Source of the DNA: Salibacteraceae bacterium
GTDB taxonomy: Bacteria > Bacteroidota > Bacteroidia > Flavobacteriales_G > Salibacteraceae
Reading direction: 5' to 3'
Assembly: GCA_049606935.1 (NCBI GenBank)
Contig: JBMYWA010000001.1
Span: forward strand, 31,904 to 95,903
DNA length: 64,000 nt
The position numbers were made by a program, and so were the translations under genes. Below, one piece after another: positions 1 to 10,118 of the stretch; the stretch's first letter is position 1; every line of letters begins with the position of its first letter. Below the pieces are notes generated by a model that saw nothing but the letters and a program-made list of their open reading frames with translations, did not search any database and was not told the DNA's origin.

Positions 1-756
1 ATTACAGAAGGAGATTCAACAGGTTTAACTATTCTAACTGAAAAAGATAAGCGAAAAGTAGAAAATGATCATATTGTGTACTTGAAATCGGTAGAAGAAG
101 GCTTTTGGAGTCAAGTATATGCCAATGTGGATCTTGGTTTTAGTTTTACTAAGGCTAAAAATTTACGTCAAATCACTGGTTCGGCCGGTATGGGTTACTT
201 AGGCGAGAGTTGGTCATGGGACGCCCGAGTTAATACATTAACATCAAGTCAAGATTCCGTATCCACTACAAATAGAACAGATGGAATTGTGTCGGCCAAT
301 TTATTTCTTCCTCGTGATTTGTTTCTAGTGGGTGCGCTAGATTTCTTATCTAATACGGAACAATTACTTGATTTAAGAACGAATACAAGGGCAGGTTTGG
401 GTTATTATGTGGTTCATAAAAACACATGGTATTGGAATTTTGCAGGTGGTGTAGCGTATGTAAATGAGGCATATAGTTCAGATCAAACATCTAAAGAAAG
501 TATGGAAGGTTTTATTGGAACGGAGTTGAATTTGTTTGATTTGGGAGACTTTTCTTTTTTTACAAAGGTAACTGCATATCCAGGTATTACGGAGCAAGGT
601 AGATTCAGAACCGATTTTAAAATGGATTTAAAATATGATTTACCGCTCGACTTTTATATAAAGAGTGGGTTAACGGTGAATTATGATAATCAACCCGCTG
701 AGGGAGCCACAGAAGCTGATTATGTTTTTAATACTGGATTGGGTTGGGAATGGTAA
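1..756 (+). CDS. DUF481-family outer-membrane beta-barrel protein (5'-truncated by window edge)
   Basis: Frame is open from base 1 through the ORF-track start at 76; alternating amphipathic strands; ends in aromatic BAM-type signal GLGWEW. Confidence 0.7.
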   Translation: MTEGDSTGLTILTEKDKRKVENDHIVYLKSVEEGFWSQVYANVDLGFSFTKAKNLRQITGSAGMGYLGESWSWDARVNTLTSSQDSVSTTNRTDGIVSANLFLPRDLFLVGALDFLSNTEQLLDLRTNTRAGLGYYVVHKNTWYWNFAGGVAYVNEAYSSDQTSKESMEGFIGTELNLFDLGDFSFFTKVTAYPGITEQGRFRTDFKMDLKYDLPLDFYIKSGLTVNYDNQPAEGATEADYVFNTGLGWEW

Positions 757-774
757 ATGTAATACGTAAGGCAT

Positions 775-1677
775 TTACATTTGAGGTTCTTTTTTTATGA
801 TTTCAAGAATTTTATTTGCCGAGATGTCTGTAATCCAATGATAACTAGGGTCTCTTCTGAACCAAGTTAATTGTCGCTTGGCATACCTTCTTGAGTTTCT
901 TTTTACTAATTCAATAGCTTTTTCAAGAGTTGTTTGACCATCTAAATACTCGAAAAACTCTTTATATCCAACCGTATTCAAGGCGTTTAAATCACGAAAT
1001 GGGAGTAGACTTTTTACTTCGTTTATTAAACCTTCGTTAAGCATTTCATCTACTCTTTTGTTTATTCGGCTATATAAGGTTTCTCTAGGCCAGTCTAGAA
1101 CAATTTTTATGGTTTCAAACGGTCTTTTTTGTAATTGCCCCTTCCTTAAATTTGAGTACGTAGTATTTGAACTTAAACATATTTCAAGAGCACGAATAAC
1201 CCGTTGAGAGTTATCTAAATCAACCTGAGCGTAATATTCCGGATCCAATTCTTTTAACCTATTTTTTAAAGAGCTTATTCCATCCGTTTTAAATTGTTTA
1301 CGTAACAAGTCTCTAACTTCAGGTATTATTGAAGGCATATCATCGAAACCTTTTGTGACGGCATCGATAAACAATCCGGACCCTCCACACATCACTACAT
1401 AGTCATGCTTTTTGAAAAGATCGTTTATTAATAAAAGCGACTCTCGCTCAAACCTACCTGCATTTAATTCTTCTGAGATGGAATGGGAGTTTACAAAATG
1501 ATGCACAACTCCATCCATTTCCTTTTTACTAGGTTTAGCCGTTCCAATTGACATTTCTTTATAGAACTGTCTGGAGTCACAGGAAATTATTTCTGTATTT
1601 AACGATTTAGCAATATCTACACTAATGGCGGTTTTGCCACTTGCGGTTGGACCAGTTATGACAACTAGTTTTTTCAA
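775..1677 (-). CDS. miaA: tRNA (adenosine(37)-N6)-dimethylallyltransferase
   Basis: GPTASGKT P-loop, DSRQFY, IGTAKP, GGSGLF, RRYAKRQLTWFR motifs. Confidence 0.97.
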   Translation of the reverse strand: MKKLVVITGPTASGKTAISVDIAKSLNTEIISCDSRQFYKEMSIGTAKPSKKEMDGVVHHFVNSHSISEELNAGRFERESLLLINDLFKKHDYVVMCGGSGLFIDAVTKGFDDMPSIIPEVRDLLRKQFKTDGISSLKNRLKELDPEYYAQVDLDNSQRVIRALEICLSSNTTYSNLRKGQLQKRPFETIKIVLDWPRETLYSRINKRVDEMLNEGLINEVKSLLPFRDLNALNTVGYKEFFEYLDGQTTLEKAIELVKRNSRRYAKRQLTWFRRDPSYHWITDISANKILEIIKKEPQM

Positions 1678-1680
1678 CTG

Positions 1681-2214
1681 TTAGTAAGAAGGATAGTTGT
1701 TTTCTAAATCAAACTCATCAAAATCTTCACCGTCATCTTCTGCGCCAGGCATCATTTCTGATTTCATTGATCCAAATAAATCTTCTGCAGATTTTGATTG
1801 TTGATCGGGCGCATCTCCAACAGATAGTAATACGTTAGGATAAGAGGTTTCCTTAGAAAACTCACCTAATGATACCACTTCAATAAAGAATGTCCACATA
1901 ACTAAAAAGTCAAAAATGTATAACATTTTTTGATCTTCTTTTTCTAGAATTTCACCCAACAAGACATCTTTCATTAAACGAACCTTTTGCTTGTCGTCCA
2001 TACTCATGTCCATTAACATGATTTCATCCCCACGTTCCCAGGAATCGTCAGATTCGTAAAATGAAGCCATTTGAGAGTTATCAAAGTTAAAGTTTTCTTG
2101 AATAGCAATATGAAACTCTTCAAACGTGGAATTTGAAGGCATTTCAATATCTCTAAATACATTGTTATCTCCTTCAGTATCAATTAATACTCTAAGTCTT
2201 AAAGTGGTGCTCAT
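1681..2214 (-). CDS. pRiA4b ORF-3-like (IS1096 passenger TnpR-family) conserved protein with acidic tail
   Basis: VFRDIE..TFEEFH.AI...F.FD..QMASFY and YIFDF..MW.F.IE pattern typical of this family; lies 3 bp upstream of miaA. Confidence 0.7.
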   Translation of the reverse strand: MSTTLRLRVLIDTEGDNNVFRDIEMPSNSTFEEFHIAIQENFNFDNSQMASFYESDDSWERGDEIMLMDMSMDDKQKVRLMKDVLLGEILEKEDQKMLYIFDFLVMWTFFIEVVSLGEFSKETSYPNVLLSVGDAPDQQSKSAEDLFGSMKSEMMPGAEDDGEDFDEFDLENNYPSY

Positions 2215-2257
2215 TTTTATTTTTTAATTAATTGCAAAGGTACTAAGGATTTGTAAC

Positions 2258-3721
2258 CTATAGACCTAACTCGGCTCCAATTTTTCGCATTAGTTTTAAA
2301 GCTTCGGCTTTATCATTTTTAATTTGACCTTCTAAAATTGCCTCCTTAATTTGTGTTTTAATAGTTCCAATTTCTCTACAAGGTTTCAAGTTGAATTCAG
2401 CCATAATATCTTCTCCAGAAATGGGAGGTTGAAAGTTTGTAACTTGATCACGTTCTTCTACTTCACGCATTTTATTACGAACCCTAACAAAGTTTTGTCG
2501 GTATTTTTTAACACGATAAGGGTTTTTTGAAGTTATGTCTGCATCGCATAAAGTCATTAAATCATCAATATCCTTTCCGGCATCAAACAATAATCTTCTT
2601 ACCCCAGAATCTGAAACATTTTCATTTACCAATGCAATAGGTCTGGAACTTAAATAAACCATTTTCTTTACATATTTAAGTTTTTGATCTAAGGGCATTT
2701 TCATTCGTTTAAAAATTTTGGTTATCATTTTCGCGCCTACAGCTTCGTGTCCATGAAAAGTGTAACCTACTTTTCTGTCAAAACGTTTTGTTGGGGCTTT
2801 TCCTATATCGTGAAAAAGAGCCGCATAACGTAACCAAACATTATCTGTATTTTTTGAAATGTTGTCAACTACCTCTAAGGTATGGTAAAAGTTTTCTTTA
2901 TGTGTTTGGCCTTCTTTTTCCGAAACTCCTTTTAATGCCGTCAATTCCGGAATAATAATTTTTAAAAGCCCTGTTTTTTCTAATAAGTTAAGGCCAATAG
3001 AGGGCTGAGGTGAAAGCATTATCTTTTCCATTTCCACCACAATTCGTTCCTTAGAAATAATTTTGATTCGATCTTTTTGAGAAGAAATGGCTTGAAAAGA
3101 ACTTTTTTCTAAAGAAAAGTTAAACTGACTTGCAAACCGGATGGCTCGCATCATCCGCAACGGATCATCACTAAAAGTTTTGATAGGGTCTAGCGGAGTT
3201 CTGATAATTCCATTTCTTAAATCTGAAATTCCGTTAAAGGGGTCTAATAAAACGCCCGCTTTTGGTCCAGAAAGGCCAATACTTAAGGTATTAATTGTAA
3301 AATCACGTCTCAATTGATCATCTTCAATAGTACCTGGTTCTACTTCTGGATTTCTAGAATCTTTAGAGTAACTTTCCTTTCGGGCACCAACAAATTCGTA
3401 CTCCATGGAGTCCGATTTTATCATGGCTGTGCCAAAAGTTTTGAATATGCTAACTTTTGCATTTCCCAGAATTTCTGAAGTTTTTTTAGCTAAATCAATT
3501 CCATTCTGGGAGGTAACGATATCTACATCTTTAGATTTTCGATCTAAAAATAAATCTCGAACCCAACCACCTATTACATAAGAATCAGACTTTATTGCAT
3601 TTCCAGCTTCAATAACAGGAGTAAATATTGGAAACATTTTCGCAATATCTTCTGCGCTAGAAGACTCTATAGATTTAACGGTTTCTTCGTTTAGCTTGTA
3701 ATAAAAAAAATCTTGATTCAT
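2258..3721 (-). CDS. cca: CCA tRNA nucleotidyltransferase (HD domain)
   Basis: GGWVRD, DVD, RRDFTIN, DDPLRMMRAIRF, LFHDIGK. Start moved to ATG 3721 because a TAATTTTG -7 box lies at 3743-3750 on the minus strand. Confidence 0.93.
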   Translation of the reverse strand: MNQDFFYYKLNEETVKSIESSSAEDIAKMFPIFTPVIEAGNAIKSDSYVIGGWVRDLFLDRKSKDVDIVTSQNGIDLAKKTSEILGNAKVSIFKTFGTAMIKSDSMEYEFVGARKESYSKDSRNPEVEPGTIEDDQLRRDFTINTLSIGLSGPKAGVLLDPFNGISDLRNGIIRTPLDPIKTFSDDPLRMMRAIRFASQFNFSLEKSSFQAISSQKDRIKIISKERIVVEMEKIMLSPQPSIGLNLLEKTGLLKIIIPELTALKGVSEKEGQTHKENFYHTLEVVDNISKNTDNVWLRYAALFHDIGKAPTKRFDRKVGYTFHGHEAVGAKMITKIFKRMKMPLDQKLKYVKKMVYLSSRPIALVNENVSDSGVRRLLFDAGKDIDDLMTLCDADITSKNPYRVKKYRQNFVRVRNKMREVEERDQVTNFQPPISGEDIMAEFNLKPCREIGTIKTQIKEAILEGQIKNDKAEALKLMRKIGAELGL

Positions 3722-3817
3722 TCCTACTGTTATACTAGGGGGCAAAATTAACCAAAGGGAATGGTATTAGTTCATAATTGTTATGGATTACCAAGCAAAC
3801 ATTTAAAATTAGGGCAT

Positions 3818-3847
3818 AAAAAAAGAGGAGTAACAAGCTCCTCTTTT
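3818..3847 (-). terminator. Intrinsic terminator (candidate end of an intergenic sRNA)
   Basis: AAAAGAGGAG-taacaag-CTCCTCTTTT hairpin followed by T7 on the minus strand, about 330 bp from the nearest upstream stop codon. Confidence 0.7.
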
Positions 3848-3930
3848 GAACCTAACAAACTAAACCATTGAAAATTAATCTATCAAACCCCTAAAACGTA
3901 AAATTCGATTAATTCTTATTGGTAATTGCC
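3818..3930 (-). ncRNA. Candidate small RNA (unvalidated)
   Basis: Near-consensus -7 box GACATTTG at about 3934-3941, a GU-rich tract (GGUUUAGUUUGUUAGG) and a strong terminator, with no ORF. Confidence 0.35.
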
Positions 3931-4176
3931 TCACAAATGTCGTCCATATTTAGGTTTTTGACTTTAACTATAAAGTCAATATTTGTAATTATTTAGTTAA
4001 ATTATAAAGGAATATTGCCTATTTTATTAACTTATTTGATGGGGGAAAAGAAGTTTTACAGAATTAAATTTTTCGAATAGAGTAAAATGTCAAAATAATT
4101 ACCGTAAATTTTGCAAAAATGTTTTTTACTTAAAATAAAGTCTAAAATAGGGTGGTAAGCGTTGATATTATTAGGA

Positions 4177-4686
4177 TTATAAATCTGACAATTCCAGTTC
4201 GTTATAATCTTCTAATTGGTCAATTAAAAACTGGTGAAGTTTAACACTTTCTTCATGCGCAATTTGTTTACCCATTTTACCAATGAAATAAATAACGGTA
4301 AACATTATACCGCTTATTGGAATTAACCAATAAGCATAAGGTGTGTTTTCCATGCTCCATTGTCCTGTACCTACAATAACTCCAATAATGCCCAAAAAAC
4401 CGGCCACAGAATTAAAGAACATAAAAATGGTCCAAACATTTGGTCTAGGACCCAATAAGCCACGAATTAGGGTTCCATTTTCAAAGGGTTCCAAATTCAA
4501 GTCTATTTGGGGAGACCAAAAGTGCCTGAGCTTAGGGTGGTAATCAATAACTATATGGTATTTCAAAGCACTTCCAGTAAAGCCTGTTTTATTAACCTTT
4601 TTAAAAGCCTGAAGGAACTGATTTTTTACTTCTTCCTGGGTTAAAGGAACAAAATATCTAAATCTTGGTCGTAATTGTTCAGCCAT
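4177..4686 (-). CDS. Conserved hypothetical membrane protein (2 TM)
   Basis: LRPRF...HFWSPQ...GLLGPRPNVWT pattern, two hydrophobic segments; directly downstream of mltF. Confidence 0.7.
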   Translation of the reverse strand: MAEQLRPRFRYFVPLTQEEVKNQFLQAFKKVNKTGFTGSALKYHIVIDYHPKLRHFWSPQIDLNLEPFENGTLIRGLLGPRPNVWTIFMFFNSVAGFLGIIGVIVGTGQWSMENTPYAYWLIPISGIMFTVIYFIGKMGKQIAHEESVKLHQFLIDQLEDYNELELSDL

Positions 4687-4689
4687 GGT

Positions 4690-6141
4690 TTAGTTTACTT
4701 CAAGGTTAAAATTGTTGTAATTGTGATACAACGAATTAATTTTTGAAACATATTTAAATGCCTCTATACCTCTACAATAACCATGACGGACTACAGAGTC
4801 TTTATAATACCTTGGTTTTGAAAGTTTGACAATCATTTCTGCCACATTCCCATCCCATACGTGAGGGTTTAAACCATACTTTTCAGCAAGTCTTTGCGCA
4901 TCATAAACATGTCCTCGACCTATATTATAGGAAGCTAAAGAAAATTTAATAGCTTCTGTGCTGTCTTGAATTTGATTTATCCAATACTGGAATAGAATTC
5001 CATTTAGTTGAATCCCCATTTCAATATTTGTTTTTGGGTCGAAGGGATCTATTTCATTATTTTTCAATACAGCTGCAGTGGCCGGCATTATTTGCATTAA
5101 ACCTTGTGCGCCCGCCCAAGAAGTTTTATTGGGTTTAAAACCCGATTCTACGCTAATCTGTGCGGCAATTAGTTTCCAGTCCCAGTTAATTTTCTTAGAT
5201 TCTTCTTTTATTATGTCATCGTAAGGTGAAATCTTACCATTTTTTATGTTGTAAGAACTCTGAGCCTTTTGGTTCATGTTCTTATTGTGTTTAAAGTACT
5301 TGTTATAAATGACGGCCCAAGCCAAAGAGTTTTGGTTTTTTAAGATCCACTTATTTAAGGTGTCCTGCAGGCCAATTGATGATTTGCTAACCGCCCATGC
5401 AATATTTTGATTAAAACTAACTGGTGTTAAAATATCAATATTTGGAAAATATCTCAAAAAGAATTTTGCGGTGTATTCGTCAGTTACTGCATATTTTATT
5501 TTTCCAATACTAACCATAGACATAATGCTATCTATGTCAATTTCACCATCATAGGTTATGATGTTTATAGAATCTCCAATTTCGTTTTGAAGGTTTATTA
5601 ATCTCTTGTAGTAGGAAGAACCCTCTTCTACATAAACCTCTTGATTTGCTAGTTTCGTTACATCTCGTAATAAATTCTTTTCTAGTTTACCTTTTGACAT
5701 TTTTTGATATCCATCTGGTTTTCGTTGAACTAGAATTTGGTGTGTTTGAGTAATAGGAATAGAAAAATTGACCTCTTTTTTACGATCTCCCAAAACTGTT
5801 AATCCCGAAGCAAGTATATCTGCTTTATTGTTTTTTATAGAATCTACGGCATCTGGTATAGATGCAACTTTCTTTACTTCGAGCTCCACTCCTAAATCAT
5901 GACAAAATCTAGATAATAAATCGTATTGAAAGCCCATAGGTCGACCTCTGTAAATGAAATAGCTAGTAGGAGTATTGTTTACAATAGCTATTAGCCTTCC
6001 TTTTTTTATTATTGAATCTATAGGAATTCCAATATGAGCATCATTAACAGTGGGGGGCTCTCCATTGGGAGTTTTTATTTCTGCGGTGCAAGCCAAAGAA
6101 AATAATCCAATGAAAAAATATAGATGCCAATTTTTTATCAC
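4690..6141 (-). CDS. mltF: Membrane-bound lytic murein transglycosylase F-like (SBP domain + SLT domain), lipoprotein
   Basis: Lipobox LAC; SBP_bac_3-like N-half (GFQYDL, ADILA); SLT motifs ES.F, GAQGLMQIMP, ASYNIG.GH. Confidence 0.88.
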   Translation of the reverse strand: MIKNWHLYFFIGLFSLACTAEIKTPNGEPPTVNDAHIGIPIDSIIKKGRLIAIVNNTPTSYFIYRGRPMGFQYDLLSRFCHDLGVELEVKKVASIPDAVDSIKNNKADILASGLTVLGDRKKEVNFSIPITQTHQILVQRKPDGYQKMSKGKLEKNLLRDVTKLANQEVYVEEGSSYYKRLINLQNEIGDSINIITYDGEIDIDSIMSMVSIGKIKYAVTDEYTAKFFLRYFPNIDILTPVSFNQNIAWAVSKSSIGLQDTLNKWILKNQNSLAWAVIYNKYFKHNKNMNQKAQSSYNIKNGKISPYDDIIKEESKKINWDWKLIAAQISVESGFKPNKTSWAGAQGLMQIMPATAAVLKNNEIDPFDPKTNIEMGIQLNGILFQYWINQIQDSTEAIKFSLASYNIGRGHVYDAQRLAEKYGLNPHVWDGNVAEMIVKLSKPRYYKDSVVRHGYCRGIEAFKYVSKINSLYHNYNNFNLEVN

Positions 6142-6329
6142 GAGGCTAAAAACTTAACAGTACCATAAAAAATAATCATAACAATAATGATTAACCCCAA
6201 AACTTTTAGGGCACCATCAGCATGGGGTCCAAGTCTTTTTAGATCACTTCTATAGGCGTAAATCATGATTGCCACAAAGATGACAAAAAAGAAAATTGCG
6301 AAATATAGTTGGTTTTGTGTAAATGCCAT
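6138..6329 (-). CDS. Small 2-TM membrane protein
   Basis: 63 aa, two hydrophobic helices around YRSD; stop overlaps the mltF start; packed between nfeD and mltF. Confidence 0.7.
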   Translation of the reverse strand: MAFTQNQLYFAIFFFVIFVAIMIYAYRSDLKRLGPHADGALKVLGLIIIVMIIFYGTVKFLAS

Positions 6330-6330
6330 T

Positions 6331-7674
6331 TTATCCTTTTTTTACTATTAATTGGGGCCCTTCCGTAGAAACGACAATAATGGAGGAGCCTTTTTCAATG
6401 AATCCTCCCATTGAAGTAGCATCGTAATATTTATTGTTAATTATAATTTTTCCAGAAGGCCTTAAATCTGAACCTACAATTCCGGTCTGACCAATATGTT
6501 TGTTAATGCTTTGCTCTACACCAATAAACCCATTTTTAACTTCTTGGCTTTCGTTTAGAACTAATGCATTCATTCTACCTGAATCTAACATTTTGGGTAA
6601 CATAATTAATGTAAGTATTGCCATTGCCAAACTTGCCATTAAAACTATCGAAAATGAACTTAGGATACCATTAAAACTAACCATCGAAAAATCGAATTGT
6701 ACATTTTCAATCATGCTTAAAGTTAATCCGGTAAACATAAGTACTACCCCAAGTATGCCTATTATACCCATTCCTGGAATTACAAATATTTCAATTGCCA
6801 CAAGTATTATTCCAATCAGAAAGAGAATTATTTCCCAGTTTTCAGCAATGCCTTCTAGGTATAGCGGAGCAAAGAACAGTAACGCTGCCACAAATGACGC
6901 TGCAATTGGAAAACCTATTCCTGGAGATTGCAATTCAAAATAGATTCCTCCAAGCATCAACATAATTAAAACACCACTAATAGCTGGGCTTATTAGCCAT
7001 CCTATCAAAACATTAGTTGTACTGGGTTTATAGGTAGTAATGGGTGCGTTTTCCTGACCAATTAAAACTAAAACGTCCTCTAAGTCATTAACCTCTCCTT
7101 CGCAAAAATTATGTTCAATAGCTTCACTTACGGTAAACGTTAATAGTTTTCCTTCTTCTGTAATATTCGGAATATAGATATCTTGGTCTACCATGGCCTC
7201 TGCAATATCAGGGTCTCTACCAGTAACTTCAGCGGTAGCCCGCATTTTACTTCTAAAATAAGATTGGTATTTATCAATTGCAGGAGCACCATCTTGTGTA
7301 ACCACAGTGGCTGCTCCAATAGTGGCCCCAGGGGTCATGAAAATTTTATCGCATGCAATGGAAATTAAAGCTCCTGCCGAAGCGGCATTGTTATTAATAA
7401 GCATGTAAACCGGTATTTCGGTTCTTAAAATAGCGGTTCGAATAGAATCAGCCATTTCTACTCCTCCACCATATGTATTCATGTTAATAATTAGTATTTC
7501 GCATTGATTTTCTTTGGCTTGAGATAAGGCGATTTGAAAATTATGCCACACAGGTTCTGCAATTTCATCAGTAATTTCAAAAACGAAGATTGAATGGGAA
7601 TTTGCTTTTGCAAAATTAGAGTAGCAAAACATTACCATTAAAAAATATATAAACCTAAATACCCAATTTTTCAT
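6331..7674 (-). CDS. NfeD-family membrane-bound serine protease (ClpP-like + TM + OB fold)
   Basis: NTYGG, AASAGALI, IGAA, GKLLT, ELQSPG.G, LRPSG motifs. Confidence 0.9.
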   Translation of the reverse strand: MKNWVFRFIYFLMVMFCYSNFAKANSHSIFVFEITDEIAEPVWHNFQIALSQAKENQCEILIINMNTYGGGVEMADSIRTAILRTEIPVYMLINNNAASAGALISIACDKIFMTPGATIGAATVVTQDGAPAIDKYQSYFRSKMRATAEVTGRDPDIAEAMVDQDIYIPNITEEGKLLTFTVSEAIEHNFCEGEVNDLEDVLVLIGQENAPITTYKPSTTNVLIGWLISPAISGVLIMLMLGGIYFELQSPGIGFPIAASFVAALLFFAPLYLEGIAENWEIILFLIGIILVAIEIFVIPGMGIIGILGVVLMFTGLTLSMIENVQFDFSMVSFNGILSSFSIVLMASLAMAILTLIMLPKMLDSGRMNALVLNESQEVKNGFIGVEQSINKHIGQTGIVGSDLRPSGKIIINNKYYDATSMGGFIEKGSSIIVVSTEGPQLIVKKG

Positions 7675-7816
7675 GTGCGATAAAAGTAATTTAAAAGACC
7701 TAAAAACCTAAAAATAGCTATGGTTTAATTACCATATTGAATTAAGATTTATTGACAAAACTCAAATTTTTGACAAATAAAATTGAGTAATTTTGTGAAT
7801 TAAAAATTTAATAAAG

Positions 7817-8329
7817 ATGGATAAAATAAACCTAAAAGGCTTTCCGGTTCAATTAATTGATGATGTAACTGAAGCAGGGGTGGAGGCAGAAGATGTAACA
7901 TTTGTAACTCGCGAATTAAATGAATTAAGTTTATTCGATATTGAGGAGAAGGTTAAAGTATTAATTTCTGTTCCTAGTTTAGATACAGGGGTGTGCCAAG
8001 CAGAAACTAGAAAGTTTAATGAGGAGCTTGGAAAACGAGAAAACGTTATTGGAGTTGTAGTTTCAAAGGATTTACCATTTGCAGCAAAGCGTTTTTGTGA
8101 AACGGAGGGGATTAAAAATATTTTAACAGTGTCGGATTACCGTTATGGTGATTTTGGTAAGGAATTTGGTGTGGAAATGGTAGATGGTGCGCTAAAGGGT
8201 TTACTAGCACGTGTGGTTTTTGTACTGGATAAAAATAACCAAGTGGTTCATACAGAGATGTCTGATGATATTTTGGAAGAGCCAAATTATGAGGTTATCT
8301 TAGCGGAGGTAGATAAACTATTGTCTTAA
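7817..8329 (+). CDS. tpx: Thiol peroxidase (atypical 2-Cys peroxiredoxin)
   Basis: PSLDTGVC, SKDLPFA..RFC, GLLAR, EPNY. Confidence 0.95.
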   Translation: MDKINLKGFPVQLIDDVTEAGVEAEDVTFVTRELNELSLFDIEEKVKVLISVPSLDTGVCQAETRKFNEELGKRENVIGVVVSKDLPFAAKRFCETEGIKNILTVSDYRYGDFGKEFGVEMVDGALKGLLARVVFVLDKNNQVVHTEMSDDILEEPNYEVILAEVDKLLS

Positions 8330-8333
8330 TGAT

Positions 8334-8918
8334 ATGATTCGTTTTTTATTCATTTCACTATTAATAATTCCAACATTAGCTTTTGGGCAAAATGGAAATG
8401 TTGTTAGAGCTGAAGTGAATAACGGAGATACTATTCCTGTAATTTCTTTAAACAATTTTCATTTTAGCGCCAAACGTACTTGGAAAAATAAGGTAGAATA
8501 TAACAAGTATAAAAGATTGGAAAAGAAAGTGGTAAAGGTTTATCCTTTTGCACACTTAGCAGCGCAAAAGTTAGAATTGTATGCCAAACAATTAGAACAG
8601 GTAAAATCAGAAAAAGAAAAGAAAAAGTTTTACAAGAAAATTGAAGCTGAAATAAAGATGGAATATGAAGGTGAGCTAAAAAAACTTACTGTTTCTGAGG
8701 GGCGGATTTTGATAAAACTTTTAGACAGAGAAACGGGCAATACATCTTACAGTTTGGTTTCTGAATTGAGAGGCAAATTTTCAGCTTTTTTCTGGCAAGG
8801 CCTTGCTCGGGTTTTTGGGCATAATTTAAAATCTAAATATGACCCGGAAGGGGAGGATAGAGATATAGAATTTATTGTTTCTAGAATTGAAAGAGGGATA
8901 TTAACATTGAATAAGTAA
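8334..8918 (+). CDS. DUF4294 family exported protein
   Basis: Signal peptide; GDTIP, KVYPFA, LKKLT.SEG.ILIKL..RETG, FWQ..A..FG..LK..YDP. Confidence 0.8.
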   Translation: MIRFLFISLLIIPTLAFGQNGNVVRAEVNNGDTIPVISLNNFHFSAKRTWKNKVEYNKYKRLEKKVVKVYPFAHLAAQKLELYAKQLEQVKSEKEKKKFYKKIEAEIKMEYEGELKKLTVSEGRILIKLLDRETGNTSYSLVSELRGKFSAFFWQGLARVFGHNLKSKYDPEGEDRDIEFIVSRIERGILTLNK

Positions 8919-9079
8919 GAAACCAAGTATTAAATAATTATTTCTAATACATAATTAGGATAAATGTATCTTTTGGGTAACGATTATCACCTTTTTTACG
9001 TACTAAATATTGCACATTTGTGAACATCAAAATTGGTGAATGTAACCAATGAAAATAAATACAACTAAAGATTAATTAT

Positions 9080-10024
9080 ATGTCAGAAGAAATAGAACAC
9101 TTAAAGTGTTTGATTATTGGTTCGGGACCAGCAGGTTATACTGCTGCAATTTATGCTGCTAGAGCAGATATGCATCCTGTAATGTATACCGGTATGGAGC
9201 CTGGTGGGCAATTAACCACCACAACAGAGGTTGACAATTTCCCTGGGTACCCAGAAGGTGTTGACGGAACAGCTATGATGGAAGATTTGAAAAATCAAGC
9301 ATTAAGATTTGATACAGATGTCAGATTTGGAAGAGCTACTAGTGTTGATTTTTCTGGTAAACCTCATAAAGTTACCATTGATGGCAATAAACAAATTACA
9401 GCGGATACTGTAATTATTTCTACTGGAGCTTCTGCAAAATGGCTCGGATTAGAAAGCGAACAAAGAATTAGAAAAGCTGGAGGTGGAGTTTCTGCATGTG
9501 CTACATGTGATGGATTCTTTTACAGAGGAAAGGATGTAGCCATTGTTGGTGCTGGTGATTCAGCTGCTGAAGAAGCTACCTTTCTTGCTAAATTGTGTAA
9601 CAAAGTTTACATGATAGTTAGAAAAGATGTTATGAGAGCATCAAAAGCAATGCAACATCGTGTAAACTCAACTAAAAACATTGAAGTTTTGTATAACACG
9701 GAAACAGATGAAGTTTTAGGTGACCAAGTTTGCGAGGGTGTTAGAGTAATAAATAATGTGACTGGAGATAAAAAGGATATTGCGGTAGATGGATTTTTTG
9801 TAGCAATTGGACATAATCCAAATACCGATATTTTTAAGGAGTATATTGAATTAGATGAGGTAGGTTACGTAAAAAATATTCCAGGAAGTTCAAAAACTAA
9901 TGTTGAAGGCGTTTTTGTAGCTGGAGATGCTGCCGATAGTGTTTACCGTCAAGCTATTACAGCTGCGGGAACAGGGTGTATGGCCGCATTAGATGCTGAA
10001 AGATATTTAGCAGAAATGGAATAG
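9080..10024 (+). CDS. trxB: Thioredoxin-disulfide reductase
   Basis: GSGPAGYTAA, CATCDG redox motif, GAGDSA, YRQAITAAGTGCMAA. Confidence 0.98.
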   Translation: MSEEIEHLKCLIIGSGPAGYTAAIYAARADMHPVMYTGMEPGGQLTTTTEVDNFPGYPEGVDGTAMMEDLKNQALRFDTDVRFGRATSVDFSGKPHKVTIDGNKQITADTVIISTGASAKWLGLESEQRIRKAGGGVSACATCDGFFYRGKDVAIVGAGDSAAEEATFLAKLCNKVYMIVRKDVMRASKAMQHRVNSTKNIEVLYNTETDEVLGDQVCEGVRVINNVTGDKKDIAVDGFFVAIGHNPNTDIFKEYIELDEVGYVKNIPGSSKTNVEGVFVAGDAADSVYRQAITAAGTGCMAALDAERYLAEME

Positions 10025-10065
10025 TTCATCCCTATTTTGACTAAATAGTCACAGATTTTGAATTT

Positions 10066-10093
10066 AAAAGGAGGCATTTGTCTCCTTTTTTTT
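10066..10093 (+). terminator. Intrinsic terminator of trxB
   Basis: GGAGGC-attt-GTCTCC stem (one G-U) followed by T8. Confidence 0.7.
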
Positions 10094-10118
10094 ATTTTGG
10101 TCGAAAACTACCAAGAAC

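Noticed and set aside
1681-2214. Possible mobile element, because the family is often labelled IS1096 passenger TnpR / plasmid pRiA4b ORF-3
   Set aside because: No transposase, terminal repeats or target duplication seen; it sits between cca and miaA with a normal promoter box.
7698-7777. Short repeats upstream of tpx (ACCTAAAA x2, ATGGT-N6-ACCAT, TTGACAAA x2) as an OxyR/PerR site
   Set aside because: They do not fit ATAG-N7-CTAT periodicity and are too short and AT-rich to distinguish from chance.
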